In this document: in pieces, positions 21,201-30,047 of the stretch | Layout: each line of letters opens with the position of its first letter | How positions within the stretch are numbered: position 1 is the first letter of the stretch | NCBI GenBank assembly: GCA_963723565.1 | Contig: CAVRRH010000007.1 | Location: 236,643-300,642 of the forward strand | Source of the DNA: an uncultured Gemmatimonadales bacterium | Lineage (GTDB): Bacteria > Gemmatimonadota > Gemmatimonadetes > Gemmatimonadales > GWC2-71-9 | DNA length: 64,000 nucleotides | Direction: 5' to 3' | Made by a program: the position numbers and the translations under genes | Notes under the pieces: model-generated | Databases searched by the model: none | What the model saw: the letters and a program-made list of their open reading frames with translations, nothing else | What the model was told of the DNA's origin: nothing

Positions 21201-22897
21201 CGCCAAGCCAGGTGAGGGCGGACAGCTTCCGGCCCACAAGGTCACCGACCTCATTGCCCGGCTGCGGCATGCCGTGCCCGGGATTCAGCTCATCTCGCCG
21301 CCGCCGCACCACGACATCTATTCGATCGAGGACCTGGCCCAGCTGATCCACGATCTCAAGACCGTCAATCCCCGCGCCCGAGTCGGGGTGAAGCTGGTTT
21401 CCGAAACCGGTGTGGGGACGGTGGCAGCCGGAGTGGCCAAGGCCTACGCCGACTACGTGCTGATCGCGGGGCACAACGGCGGCACCGGCGCATCGCCGCT
21501 CTCATCCATCAAGCACGCGGGCTCGCCCTGGGAGCTGGGACTGGCCGAGGCGCAGGCTACCCTGGTGCGAAACGGGTTGCGCCATCGAATCGAGGTCCGC
21601 ACCGATGGAGGACTGAAGACCGGACGGGACGTTGTCATCGCCGCTCTGCTTGGAGCGGAGAGCTACGGCTTCGGCACCGCGCCGCTGGTGGCCATGGGAT
21701 GCGACATGGCCCGGCAGTGCCACATCAACACCTGCCCGACCGGCATCGCCACCCAGCGCGAGGATCTCCGGGCCAAGTTTCGCGGGACGCCGGAGCAGGT
21801 GATCTCCTATTTCACCTTGATCGCCGAGGAGGTGCGGGGCATTCTGGCGGGTCTCGGTGTCCGCACCCTGGATGAGATTATTGGGCGCAACGATCTCCTC
21901 GAGCGAGTCGAGTGCCCCGACGTGCCGCGGGCGCAGATGCTGGATCTGTCGGTGCTGCTGGCGGGACAGCGGGACGGGCGGACAGAAGGGCAAAACGTAG
22001 CGCTGCGCCGCACAGTGGAGCGCAACGATCGGCCCGGCCTGGTGTCTCTCGACAACGAGATCCTGGCCGATCTGAAGCCGTATCTGGACTGCGCGCTTCC
22101 CTTCTCCGGCAACTACCAGATCCGCAACCACCATCTCACGGTGGGCGCGCGAGTGGCAGGCGCCATCGCGGAGCAACACGGGGATGAAGGCCTACCGCCT
22201 GGATCGGTTCGTCTTCGCTTTACCGGTACCGCGGGCCAGAGCTTCGGGGCGTTCCTCTGCCGCGGCGTGCATCTCGAGCTCGAAGGCGAGGCCAACGATT
22301 ACGTCGGCAAGGGACTGAGCGGAGGCGAGATCACCATCCGGCCGTTCCGCCGTGCCGGCTACGCCGACGTGTCGCACCAGCATCTGATAATCGGCAACAC
22401 CGTTCTCTACGGTGCCACTGCCGGGAAGCTGTTTGCCGCCGGCCAGGCGGGCGATCGCTTCGCGGTCAGAAACTCCGGCGCGGTAGCGGTGATCGAGGGA
22501 GCGGGCAACCACTGTTGCGAGTACATGACCGGCGGGATCGTCGTCGGTGCTCGGCCGTGCCGGCCGAAACTTTGCTGCCGGCATGTCGAATGGGGTGGCA
22601 TACGTCATGGACGAAGCCGGCACGTTCGCCAGCCGGCTGAACGGCGATCATGGTGGAGCTGGAGTGACCTGGATGACGAAGATGTCGAGCTGCTGCGGAA
22701 GCCTGATCCGGGAGCACGAGGAGAAGACGGTGAGCGCCAGGGCACGGAATATCCTGGTGCGGTGGGAGGAATACCTGCCACTGTTCCGAAAGGTCATGCC
22801 GAAGAGTGCGGCGCTCCAAGTCGCCGTCATTAGGGCGGCCTATCTGAGCTCGCCCCCCGCCGAGGCCGAGCTTTGGTTGGCACGCAGAACTGCCTGA
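18225..22897 (+). CDS. gltB: glutamate synthase large subunit (at least 7 frameshifts as sequenced)
   Basis: Conserved GltB blocks can be followed across frames:
- The amidotransferase Cys (HDACGVGFVA) and N-terminal domain, in ORF 18225..20417.
- [24 protein letters not shown] and the FMN domain (MSLGALSPEAH, SNSGEGGEDP, KIVQGAKPGEGGQLP, GHNGGTGASP), in ORF 20476..22833.
- The C-terminal GXGXG domain, ending in ORF 22547..22897.
Resolved shifts are at about 20390, about 20620, within 20755-20818, about 22540, and at 22649, 22665 and 22699. Confidence 0.92.
20755..20818. repeat. single-arm tandem 7-8-mer array (GGGCGGAN units) inside the gltB coding sequence
   Basis: GGGAAGTGGGAGGAAGGCGGGCGGACGGGCGGAAGGGCGGAGGGCGGACAGACGGAAGGGACGG. 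It sits between the conserved ALQQA.GSG and SGYQNFLAKNG..RDLL blocks. The reading frame changes across it. Confidence 0.7.
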
Positions 22898-23057
22898 GCC
22901 CTCAACCGCGCTGGCGGCGTGCCCTAAGCGTTCCGGGTAGGGCACGCGGGCGCATTCTGCAGTCGCAGGCCAAAATACAGGAGTTTCTGGCCCTTCACCT
23001 GTGTGGTCCGGCTCCCCAACTGTAAAGCTTTCAGCCACTTCCCACATACCGAAAATT

Positions 23058-23072
23058 TGGCATATGCATTGC
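23058..23072 (+). promoter_or_regulatory. sigma54 (-24/-12) promoter TGGCAT-N5-TTGC
   Basis: TGGCATATGCATTGC has GG and GC at the canonical spacing. It lies about 60 nt upstream of ATG 23131. Confidence 0.6.
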
Positions 23073-23130
23073 CCTGTGGCCGCTGCACTGCGGCCGGTCG
23101 GTAGATGGCCTCTACTCGTTGAGGACCTGC

Positions 23131-23316
23131 ATGAACTTCGATAGGGTCGAATACGATCATCCGGAGGGCAGACGAATCCTGTCCCAGGAAGAGTGGAGCG
23201 CCCTTGGTCCGGTTGAGCGGGTAACTGCGATCGGCCAGAGTCGAGTCCGGTTCTATCGCAACGGTGTGAGGATCACCGCGAGGGAAGCGGTGAGGCCTCA
23301 GGGAAAGGCCTCGTGA
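23131..23316 (+). CDS. small hypothetical protein (61 aa)
   Basis: ATG 23131 lies 5 nt after GAGGA; TTG 23119 is an alternative start. Sequence MNFDRVEYDHPEGRRILSQEEWSALGPVERVTAIGQSRVRFYRNGVRITAREAV... matches no family I recognise. Confidence 0.45.
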   Translation: MNFDRVEYDHPEGRRILSQEEWSALGPVERVTAIGQSRVRFYRNGVRITAREAVRPQGKAS

Positions 23317-23362
23317 TCAACCGCTCGAGGGTGGCGCAGAACCGACCGAGAACGTTTCCATC

Positions 23363-24025
23363 ATGGAGGCGATCATGGAAGTAGAGAAGGAGTTGGGGCA
23401 GTCGGAGCGTGGGCAACGCCTCTTCGAAGAGCATCTACACGACCATCGCAGCAAGCTCGACCGGCTGTTCTCCGTGCTCCTGCTGGTTCAATGGGTGGCG
23501 GCGGTCGTGGTGGCGCTCGTCTGGTCTCCCATCGGATGGGCGGATAAGCAGCAGGTAGCGAGCGGACATCTCGCCCTGGCAATCCTCGCCGGCGGGATCC
23601 TTGCGCTGGCGCCGCTGATCATGACCCGGCTGATGCCTGGCAGCAGGCTGACGCGTCACGCCATGGCCGCAGCACAAATGATGTTCTCCGCACTCTTCAT
23701 TCATCTGAGTGGGGGCCGGATCGAAACACACTTCCACGTCTTCGGCTCGCTGGCCTGGCTCGCATTTTACCTCGACTGGCAGATCCTCCTCACCGCGACC
23801 ATCACGGTTGCGCTCGACCACGCTGTGCGCGGCATTGTCTTCTCCGAGTCGGTGTACGGCATGGTGCACGCGGGGCATTGGCGCTTCGTGGAGCATGCGC
23901 TCTGGGTGGTGTTCGAGGACATCGTCCTCTTCATAGGCTGCCACACCGGCGTGCGCAGCATGCTGGAAGGGGCCGAGAAACAGGCACAGCTCGAAGCGGT
24001 CACCGAGAGCGAGCAGAACAAATAG
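23363..24025 (+). CDS. hypothetical polytopic membrane protein with His-rich TM motifs
   Basis: 220-aa ORF with about 5 hydrophobic helices. Motifs GGRIETHFHVFGSLAWLAFYLDW, LDHAVRG and HAGHWRFVEHALWVVFED, followed by a short C-terminal coiled tail. Confidence 0.55.
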   Translation: MEAIMEVEKELGQSERGQRLFEEHLHDHRSKLDRLFSVLLLVQWVAAVVVALVWSPIGWADKQQVASGHLALAILAGGILALAPLIMTRLMPGSRLTRHAMAAAQMMFSALFIHLSGGRIETHFHVFGSLAWLAFYLDWQILLTATITVALDHAVRGIVFSESVYGMVHAGHWRFVEHALWVVFEDIVLFIGCHTGVRSMLEGAEKQAQLEAVTESEQNK

Positions 24026-24112
24026 GCGGTACCTGAGCGTAACCCAAGGCGTCGAGGAGGCCAGGCTGCTGGTCCGGCGCAGCGCGTAGGGGTTCCCGAT
24101 GATGCCGCTAGC

Positions 24113-24269
24113 AATCATCGCGAGCGGCCGGAGAGCCTGCCCTGAGCGGCATCGAAGGGCCGCAGGGCGATCCAGTAGTCATTGCGAGCGGTCCGGAGGA
24201 CCGCGCGGCAATCCGGGCCCCTCCGCACGTGGGCCACTGGATTGCTTCGGGCTTCGCCCTCGCAATGAC
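24113..24269. repeat. nested core palindromes (CATTGCGAG..CAATCC / GGATTGC..CTCGCAATGAC unit plus a GCCTGCCCTGAGCG unit)
   Basis: GTCATTGCGAGCGGTCCGGAGGACCGCGCGGCAATCC (24178-24214) is mirrored by GGATTGCTTCGGGCTTCGCCCTCGCAATGAC (24239-24269). It is preceded by ATCATCGCGAGCGG..CCTGCCCTGAGCGGCATCGAAGGGC, which is related to 27561-27593. Confidence 0.7.
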
Positions 24270-24315
24270 TCCGTTCGGCTTCCACACCACTTGACGGATC
24301 CTGCCGAATAGCTAA

Positions 24316-24335
24316 CTTGCTGAACAACAAGCAAG
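24316..24335 (+). promoter_or_regulatory. candidate TetR operator (CTTGCT-N8-AGCAAG)
   Basis: A 6-bp inverted repeat 15 nt upstream of the TetR start. It is short, so the support is weak. Confidence 0.3.
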
Positions 24336-24349
24336 CTGCAAGCCCTTGC

Positions 24350-25029
24350 ATGAGTAAGCATTGGACTCACAAACCCGACCGCACCCGAGACGCCGAACGG
24401 AGCCGAGCCGCAATCTCTCGACGCTGCGGAACGGCTGTTCGCCGAACAAGGGTATGATGCCACCAGCCTGACCCAGGTCGGGGCCGCTGCCGGCGTCTCC
24501 CGCGGCACTCCCGGCTACTTCTTTCGGACCAAAGCCGAGCTGTATCGAGGCTGTGCTGGACCGCTCCCTCGCCGAGGTCCGCGAGGCGGTCCGGATCGGC
24601 CGCGAGCGGGCGCTCGCCAGCAGCGAGAGCCCGGAGACGATCCTCGCCGGCGCGGTCTCCGATTATTTCGACTTCCTCTCGGCCCGTCCCTACTTCATCC
24701 GTCTGATCGAGCGGGAAGCGCTGAGAATGCTCCGCCGCCGAGTCGGCGTGGACCACCTCTCTGCCGGACAGGAAGCGCTGGCCGCGATCAGCGCCGAGCT
24801 CGGCCTCGAGGACGCGCCGTCGGGCGAAGCCGCGCAGCTCCTCCTCAGCATCATCTCGCTCTGCTGGTTCCCTCTGATCCACGCCCGCACCGTCGCTCCG
24901 GCGGTCGGAGTGGGCCTGAGGACCCCGAAGAGCTGGAACGGCGCAAGCGTCACGTCATCTCGCTGGTACTGCACGGTCTCCGCGGCCCAGCCGTCGCCAC
25001 TACCTTCAACCGAGTCCCCCGAGCCATGA
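24350..25029 (+). CDS. TetR/AcrR family transcriptional regulator (at least 3 frameshifts as sequenced)
   Basis: The HTH region RSRAAILDAAERLFAEQGYDATSLTQVGAAAGVSRGTPGYFFRTKAELY is readable after removing single bases near 24416 and 24549. The C-terminal ligand domain is in ORF 24553..25029. ATGA overlap with the downstream dehydrogenase. Confidence 0.8.
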
Positions 25030-26888
25030 CTGATCTTCTCACGCCCCCAGTACAGGGTACGCAGACCCCGCTCGCCACCGAGCAGGAAGCCCGAGAGGTC
25101 GCCGAGGCCGCACGGGAGAAGGAATGGCAGGCGCCCAGCTTCGTGCGGGAGCTGTTCGAGGGCTCGTTCCGGCTCGATCTGGTGCATCCGTATCCCCCAG
25201 CCCGATCCGGCCGACCTGGCCCGCGCCAAGCCGTTCATGGAGAAGCTCGAGCGCTTCATGCGGGAGCGGGTGGACAGCGACAAGATCGACCGCGACGGAA
25301 AGATCCCGCCCGAGGTCGTGAAGGGACTGGGGGAGATCGGCGCCTTCGGCATCAAGATCCCGAGCGAGTACGGCGGTCTCGGTCTGAGCCAGTACAGCTA
25401 CACCCATGCGATCGGACTGGTGACCAGCCAGGACGGCAACCTCACCGCCCTGCTCTCCGCCGCGCAGTCGATCGGCGTTCCGACCCCGCTCAAGCTGTTC
25501 GGCACGCCGGCGCAGAAGAAGAAGTATCTGCCCCGCCTAGCCCAGGGTGCGGTGTCGGCCTTCGCGCTGACCGAGAACCACGTCGGCTCCGACCCGGCGG
25601 CGCTCGAGCACCACCGCCACGCTCTCCGAGGACGGCAAGCACTACATCCTCAACGGCGAGAAGCTCTGGTGCACCAACGGCACCATCGCCGAGCTGATGG
25701 TGGTGATGGCCCGGACCGGGCCCAAGAAGATCACGGCGTTCATCGTGGAGACCAACTGGCCCGGGGTCGAGGTGGTGCAGCGGCTCCACTTCATGGGACT
25801 CAAGGCGCTGGAGAACGGCATCATCCGGTTCACCAACGTGAAGGTGCCGGTGGAGAACGTGCTCTGGGGTGAGGGCAAGGGGCTCAAGCTGGCGCTGATC
25901 ACCCTCAACACGGGGCGCCTCACCCTGCCGGCATCGGCCGTGGCCGGGGCCAAGCGGTCGCTGGAGATCGTGCGGCGCTGGGCGGCCGAGCGGGTCCAGT
26001 GGGGCCAGCCGATCGGCAAGCACGATGCGATCGCCCAGAAGATCGGGCGCATGGCGGCGGACATCTTTGCCATGGAGGCGGTGAGCGACCTCGCCTCGCT
26101 GATGGCCGACCGGGGCAACGCCGACATCCGGCTCGAGGCCGCGATGGCCAAGATGTGGAACACCGAGATCGGCTGGCGGATCGTGGACGACACCCTGCAG
26201 ATCAAGGGCGGCCGCGGCTACGAGACCGCCGACAGCCTCAGGAGCCGAGGAGAACGGCCCGATCCGGTGGAGCGGATGATGCGCGACTATCGCATCAACC
26301 TGATCTTCGAGGGGTCCAGCGAGATCATGCGGCTCTTCATCGCCCGGGAGGCGGTGGACACCCATCTCAAGCTGGCCGGCGACTTGATCGATCCCAAGGC
26401 GCCGATGGGCAAGAAGATCCAGGCGCTGCTCCGCTCGGGCGCGTACTATGCCTTCTGGTATCCCAAGCTCTGGCTCGGCTGGGGCTGGTCTCCGCGGTAT
26501 GGCGAGTTCGGCGCGCTGGCGCAAGCACATGCGGTTCGTGAACCGCTCCTGCCGGCGGCTGGCCCGCACCCTGTTCCACTGCATGATCCGGTTCGGTCCC
26601 AAGCTGGAGAAGCGTCAGGCGGTGCTCGGCCGGCTGGTGGAGATCGGGGCGGAGCTACTGGCCATCACCGCGGCCTGCTCCCGGGCCTATGCCATGGCAA
26701 ACAGGACCCCACGAATCCGCGGGCCGGTGGAGCTGGCGGAGCTGTTCAGCCGGCAGGCCCGTCGCCGGGTGGAGGAGAAGTTTGCGGCGGTGTTCGACAA
26801 CGACGACGTCGCGACCTACCAGGTGGCCCAGCAGGTGCTCAAGGGCGAGCACAGCTGGATGGAAACAGGGATGGTGCGGGCGGAATAG
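25026..26888 (+). CDS. long-form acyl-CoA dehydrogenase (FadE-like, about 620 aa; 3 frameshifts as sequenced)
   Basis: ACAD blocks [50 protein letters not shown] and [15 protein letters not shown], plus a C-terminal helical extension. They are spread over ORFs 25026.., 25237.., 25697.. and 26448..26888. Resolved shifts are in the C run at 25194-25198, near 25610, and near 26520. Confidence 0.85.
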
Positions 26889-26911
26889 AGGGCGTTCGAA
26901 GGGCCGTCCTG

Positions 26912-27064
26912 GGTAATCCCGAGCGGAGCGAGGGACCGGTCCGGCGTACGTTTGCAAGCGAATTCCCGTTTGCCGACGTTAACCCAGCCGATTTCTCGCT
27001 CCGCTCGAAATGACCGCGCGATTGGCTTCCCTACGCTATCCCTACCGCCGTACCGCCGTACCGC
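26912..27064. repeat. core palindrome (GGTAATCCCGAGCGGAGCGAGGGACC ... ATTTCTCGCTCCGCTCGAAATGACC) plus a CCGTACCG tandem arm
   Basis: Inverted halves lie at 26912-26937 and 26991-27015. The tandem array CCCTACGCTATCCCTACCGCCGTACCGCCGTACCGC lies at 27029-27064. Confidence 0.65.
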
Positions 27065-27104
27065 TTATCTTTTAGGTTTCATCTGACCACCACCTGGACC
27101 CAGC

Positions 27105-27494
27105 ATGGCCATCGCAGAAGGCAGGACCATTCCGTTCGTAGGCCCGGAGGCCATCGACGTCGCGGTACTGGAGACCTTCGAGTACGCCGGGCCCGACCAG
27201 GAGATCGTCACCGAGACTCGGGAGTTCAGCGCGGTCTGCCCCTACAGCGGCCTGCCCGACTTCGCGACGCTGACGATCAGGTACGTCCCCTCGGACCGCT
27301 GCGTGGAGCTCAAGAGCCTCAAGTACTACGTCACCAGCTACCGCAACGTAGGGATCTTCCAGGAGCATGCCACCGCTAGGATCGCCGAGGACCTCTTCAA
27401 GCTGCTGGAGCCGCAGATGCTCGAGGTGACCACACTCTACAACGTGCGCGGCGGGTTTGAGACGAAGTGCACGGTGAGACTGCCTAAGGTGTAG
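27105..27494 (+). CDS. queF: NADPH-dependent 7-cyano-7-deazaguanine (preQ0) reductase, unimodular type
   Basis: Intact 129-aa ORF with catalytic Cys context FSAVCPYSGLPDF and QueF motif ELKSLKYYV. Confidence 0.9.
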   Translation: MAIAEGRTIPFVGPEAIDVAVLETFEYAGPDQEIVTETREFSAVCPYSGLPDFATLTIRYVPSDRCVELKSLKYYVTSYRNVGIFQEHATARIAEDLFKLLEPQMLEVTTLYNVRGGFETKCTVRLPKV

Positions 27495-27606
27495 TCAGAG
27501 GGGACGAAGTCCCCGAGGCAATCCAGCGGGCTACCACTGAACCCGCTGGATTGCTTCGGGAGCGGAGCCTGCCCTGAGCGTAGCCGAAGGGCTCCCCCGC
27601 AATGAC
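27494..27606. repeat. nested core palindrome immediately after the queF stop
   Basis: GTCAGAGGGGACGAAGTCCCCGAGGCAATCC, then the hairpin AGCGGG..CCCGCT, then GGATTGCTTCGGGAGCGGAGCCTGCCCTGAGCGTAGCCGAAGGGCTCCCCCGCAATGAC. It shares both sub-units with 24113-24269. Confidence 0.7.
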
Positions 27607-27924
27607 TCGTGCCCTCCTGAACGTCACTCTTCGCCCCGCGCGGCCGCAGTTGTGGGACGGCCCTTCGCGCGTTGCTCGGCGTTGAGTCGAAGCCCCGGAT
27701 CCTCCTCGCACATTGCCCGAATCGGCCCCGTTTGTTCCCCATCGCGCGAGCTCGTGGGGCAGATGCAATTTCTGTCTCGATTCTCCATGTGATTGGGAAT
27801 TAATGGATTGGTCGCGAGACTCGCGGCGGCAATGCCGCCCGAACTCCAATTTCACGATCCTTGCTCGGTTTTCTCTCCCCGCCAGCGAGCTGAAGCCCAG
27901 AATTTTTGCGGAGGTCTGAGGAAT

Positions 27925-28638
27925 ATGAGCAATCCATTTTCCGGGATTCCGGATCCAGAGCTGCCCCGTCCGATCAGAAGGCCCTCCCAGCCGGGGCCGG
28001 TGCAGGAAGCACTGCGGGCAATGCGGGAAACCCTTCGGCCCGCGCTGCCGGCAGCACGGGAAGCGCTCCGGCGAGCGCGGCGGGTAGCCAAGGATGCGCT
28101 TTGGCAAGCGCGCCGGGTAGCGAAGGAAGGGCTTTGGCGAGCGCAGCGGTACGGCGAGGAGCTGTGGCGCCGGGGAAAGCGCAATCCTCGCACCGTCGGC
28201 GTCATCGGTGGGGCCGTCGCTATGACGCTGGTCGGCGCGATCGCCCTTAGCGCCTCCGGTGCTGGGCGATCGCTGTGTCCCCCTACGAGCGAGGGGAAGA
28301 CGCCGCGGTTTGCCCTGCTCATGGACCCGGTGCCCCAGGTTGGAGCAGGATCGGAAGTGGAGATCCACTACGATGTGTGTGGGCTGCCTTCGGGGACGGC
28401 CTACCGCGGTCGAGTTCAGCTCACCCAGCAGCGGCCGGCCGGGAAGAAAAAATCAGCCAAGCCCAAGCCCCTGGTGATCAGCTTCAAGGATCAGGTGGAT
28501 GGAGTGGCTACCCGCCGGCACCAGCAGTTGGATCTCGCGTCGACCAAGCCGGGCGCATACACCCTCGAGCTTACCGTCGCCGATAAGCAAGGGCGGGAGC
28601 GCAAGAGAGTGCAGAAGGTTGTGATTAAGGCTAAGTAA
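27925..28638 (+). CDS. hypothetical single-pass membrane protein
   Basis: Start taken at MSNPFSG (ATG 27925, in frame with ORF 27793..28638). Internal Arg-rich direct repeats (REALRRARRVAKDALWQARRVAKEGLWRAQR), one TM helix (VGVIGGAVAMTLVGAIALSA), and a beta-rich C-terminal domain. Confidence 0.45.
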   Translation: MSNPFSGIPDPELPRPIRRPSQPGPVQEALRAMRETLRPALPAAREALRRARRVAKDALWQARRVAKEGLWRAQRYGEELWRRGKRNPRTVGVIGGAVAMTLVGAIALSASGAGRSLCPPTSEGKTPRFALLMDPVPQVGAGSEVEIHYDVCGLPSGTAYRGRVQLTQQRPAGKKKSAKPKPLVISFKDQVDGVATRRHQQLDLASTKPGAYTLELTVADKQGRERKRVQKVVIKAK

Positions 28639-29410
28639 CCGGTCCGTTAGCCGTCGAATCTGCCTCGCGCAGCATTCGCGCGAACTCATCCAGCTCCGCC
28701 AGTCCCAAGTCCGAGGCGACCCAGTAGGCAAACTCCGGCGTGCTCCAGTGCAGCAGGTGATACCCCTGCCGGGTTGTCGCATCGGGACGACCAGCCGACC
28801 CTCGGCTCGCGGGCCAGAGGAACACGTTGATGAAATGCTGACGCCGCCCGTACACCAGCGCAGCAACTGGCCTGTCACCGATATAATCGAGCCTGCCACC
28901 GATCAGCGGGTAGCCCTTTCCCGCGAAATCGTAAACCGGCGGCGAGAAGTCCAGCTTGCCGTTGAACCACGGCTTGACAGTGTGCTGGTCCGACGAGACC
29001 ACATCGGTGAGATGACCCGGCATGAGCGAGCGGACGTGACTGGCGAGCACCTGTTCGCCGAGCGCCGCTCCCGCCGAGCGAGCGGAGGCGAGCTGCCAGG
29101 TCCCGAGCGCAACGAGCGTCAGTGACGCGGCCAGCGCGAGCGGCAGCCACCCGCGCGGCATCGGGCGACCAGAGGTGGGTACCTGCGCGGATGACTTGAG
29201 TGCCGTGCGTACCCGGTTCCGGAGCTCGTCCGGTGCCCGAAACGCCGGGACCTCGGCCCGGATCGCGGTGCCCAGGGCCAGGCGAGAGTCGCGAAGGTGA
29301 CTACAATCGCGGCACTCTTTGAGATGCGCTTCCAGCTCGCGCGCGTCCTGCGCGGCCAGCTCTCCGTCCAGATAAGCATCCACCTGAAGCTCCAGCTCGC
29401 TATGTGTCAT
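28631..29410 (-). CDS. anti-sigma factor (zf-HC2 type, single TM)
   Basis: N-terminal H-x3-C-x2-C motif (HLKECRDC), a TM helix (WLPLALAASLTLVALGTW), and a 4-nt overlap with the upstream ECF sigma gene. Confidence 0.8.
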   Translation of the reverse strand: MTHSELELQVDAYLDGELAAQDARELEAHLKECRDCSHLRDSRLALGTAIRAEVPAFRAPDELRNRVRTALKSSAQVPTSGRPMPRGWLPLALAASLTLVALGTWQLASARSAGAALGEQVLASHVRSLMPGHLTDVVSSDQHTVKPWFNGKLDFSPPVYDFAGKGYPLIGGRLDYIGDRPVAALVYGRRQHFINVFLWPASRGSAGRPDATTRQGYHLLHWSTPEFAYWVASDLGLAELDEFARMLREADSTANGPVT

Positions 29411-29937
29411 CGTCCCTCCTGATCGGTGACCAGCGCCCGCTGAAGCCGAGAGCGGGCGCGGGAGAGCCGTGACATCACGGTTCCCACGGGCACGCCGGTT
29501 ACCTCCCCGATCTCCTTGTAGGACAATCCCTGGAGCTCGCGTAACACGATCACCTCGCGGAATTCGGCAGGCAGCCGGTCGATCGCCTGGTGCAACGATT
29601 CCCGCGCCGATGCATCGGAAAGCGTCGTGTCCGGATGAACATCCTCCACCGACTCGCTGTGGAGCTGCTCGTCGAACTCGGCGGCGTTCGCCTCCTGGCG
29701 ATACCGGCGCCGCCAGCTGAAGGCGGTATTACGCACGATTGTGAGAAGCCAGGCCCTGCCATCAGTGGCCTCGGCTCCGCGGAAGCCATCGAAGTACTTG
29801 AGCGCCCGCAGATAGGCGTCCTGCACCACGTCCTGCGCATCGTGCTCGTGGCGCGTCAGATAGCGCGCCAACGTATACGCGGCGTCCAGGTGCGGCAGCA
29901 CGATCGCTTCGAATCGGCCGAGGTCGCGTGGCTTCAT
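29407..29937 (-). CDS. ECF (sigma-70 family group IV) RNA polymerase sigma factor
   Basis: Region 2 (DAQDVVQDAYLRALKYFDGF) and region 4 HTH (LSYKEIGEVTGVPVGTVMSRLSRAR). Confidence 0.88.
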   Translation of the reverse strand: MKPRDLGRFEAIVLPHLDAAYTLARYLTRHEHDAQDVVQDAYLRALKYFDGFRGAEATDGRAWLLTIVRNTAFSWRRRYRQEANAAEFDEQLHSESVEDVHPDTTLSDASARESLHQAIDRLPAEFREVIVLRELQGLSYKEIGEVTGVPVGTVMSRLSRARSRLQRALVTDQEGR

Positions 29938-30047
29938 TGCTCTCTAGACTCTGGCAGCGGCGAATTTATTCCAGGGAATATGCGTGGCACCGGGCGGGTA
30001 TCCGACAGTGACAGCAGTGTCTCGTACCCGCACCGGAGAATACCACA

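Noticed and set aside
22878-22894. A sigma54-like TGGCAC-GCAGA-ACTGC at the 3' end of gltB.
   Set aside because: The GC of the -12 element is displaced by one nucleotide relative to the GG, and the site lies inside the gltB coding sequence. The properly spaced site at 23058 is preferred.
29938-30047. An ECF-type promoter (GGAAT..GTCTA on the minus strand, GGAAT..GTATC on the plus strand) in the sigma/cupredoxin divergent region.
   Set aside because: Spacers are 18 nt rather than the usual 16-17. The -35 lacks the AAC core. The minus-strand -10 would sit only 7 nt from the ATG. The match is too weak to annotate.
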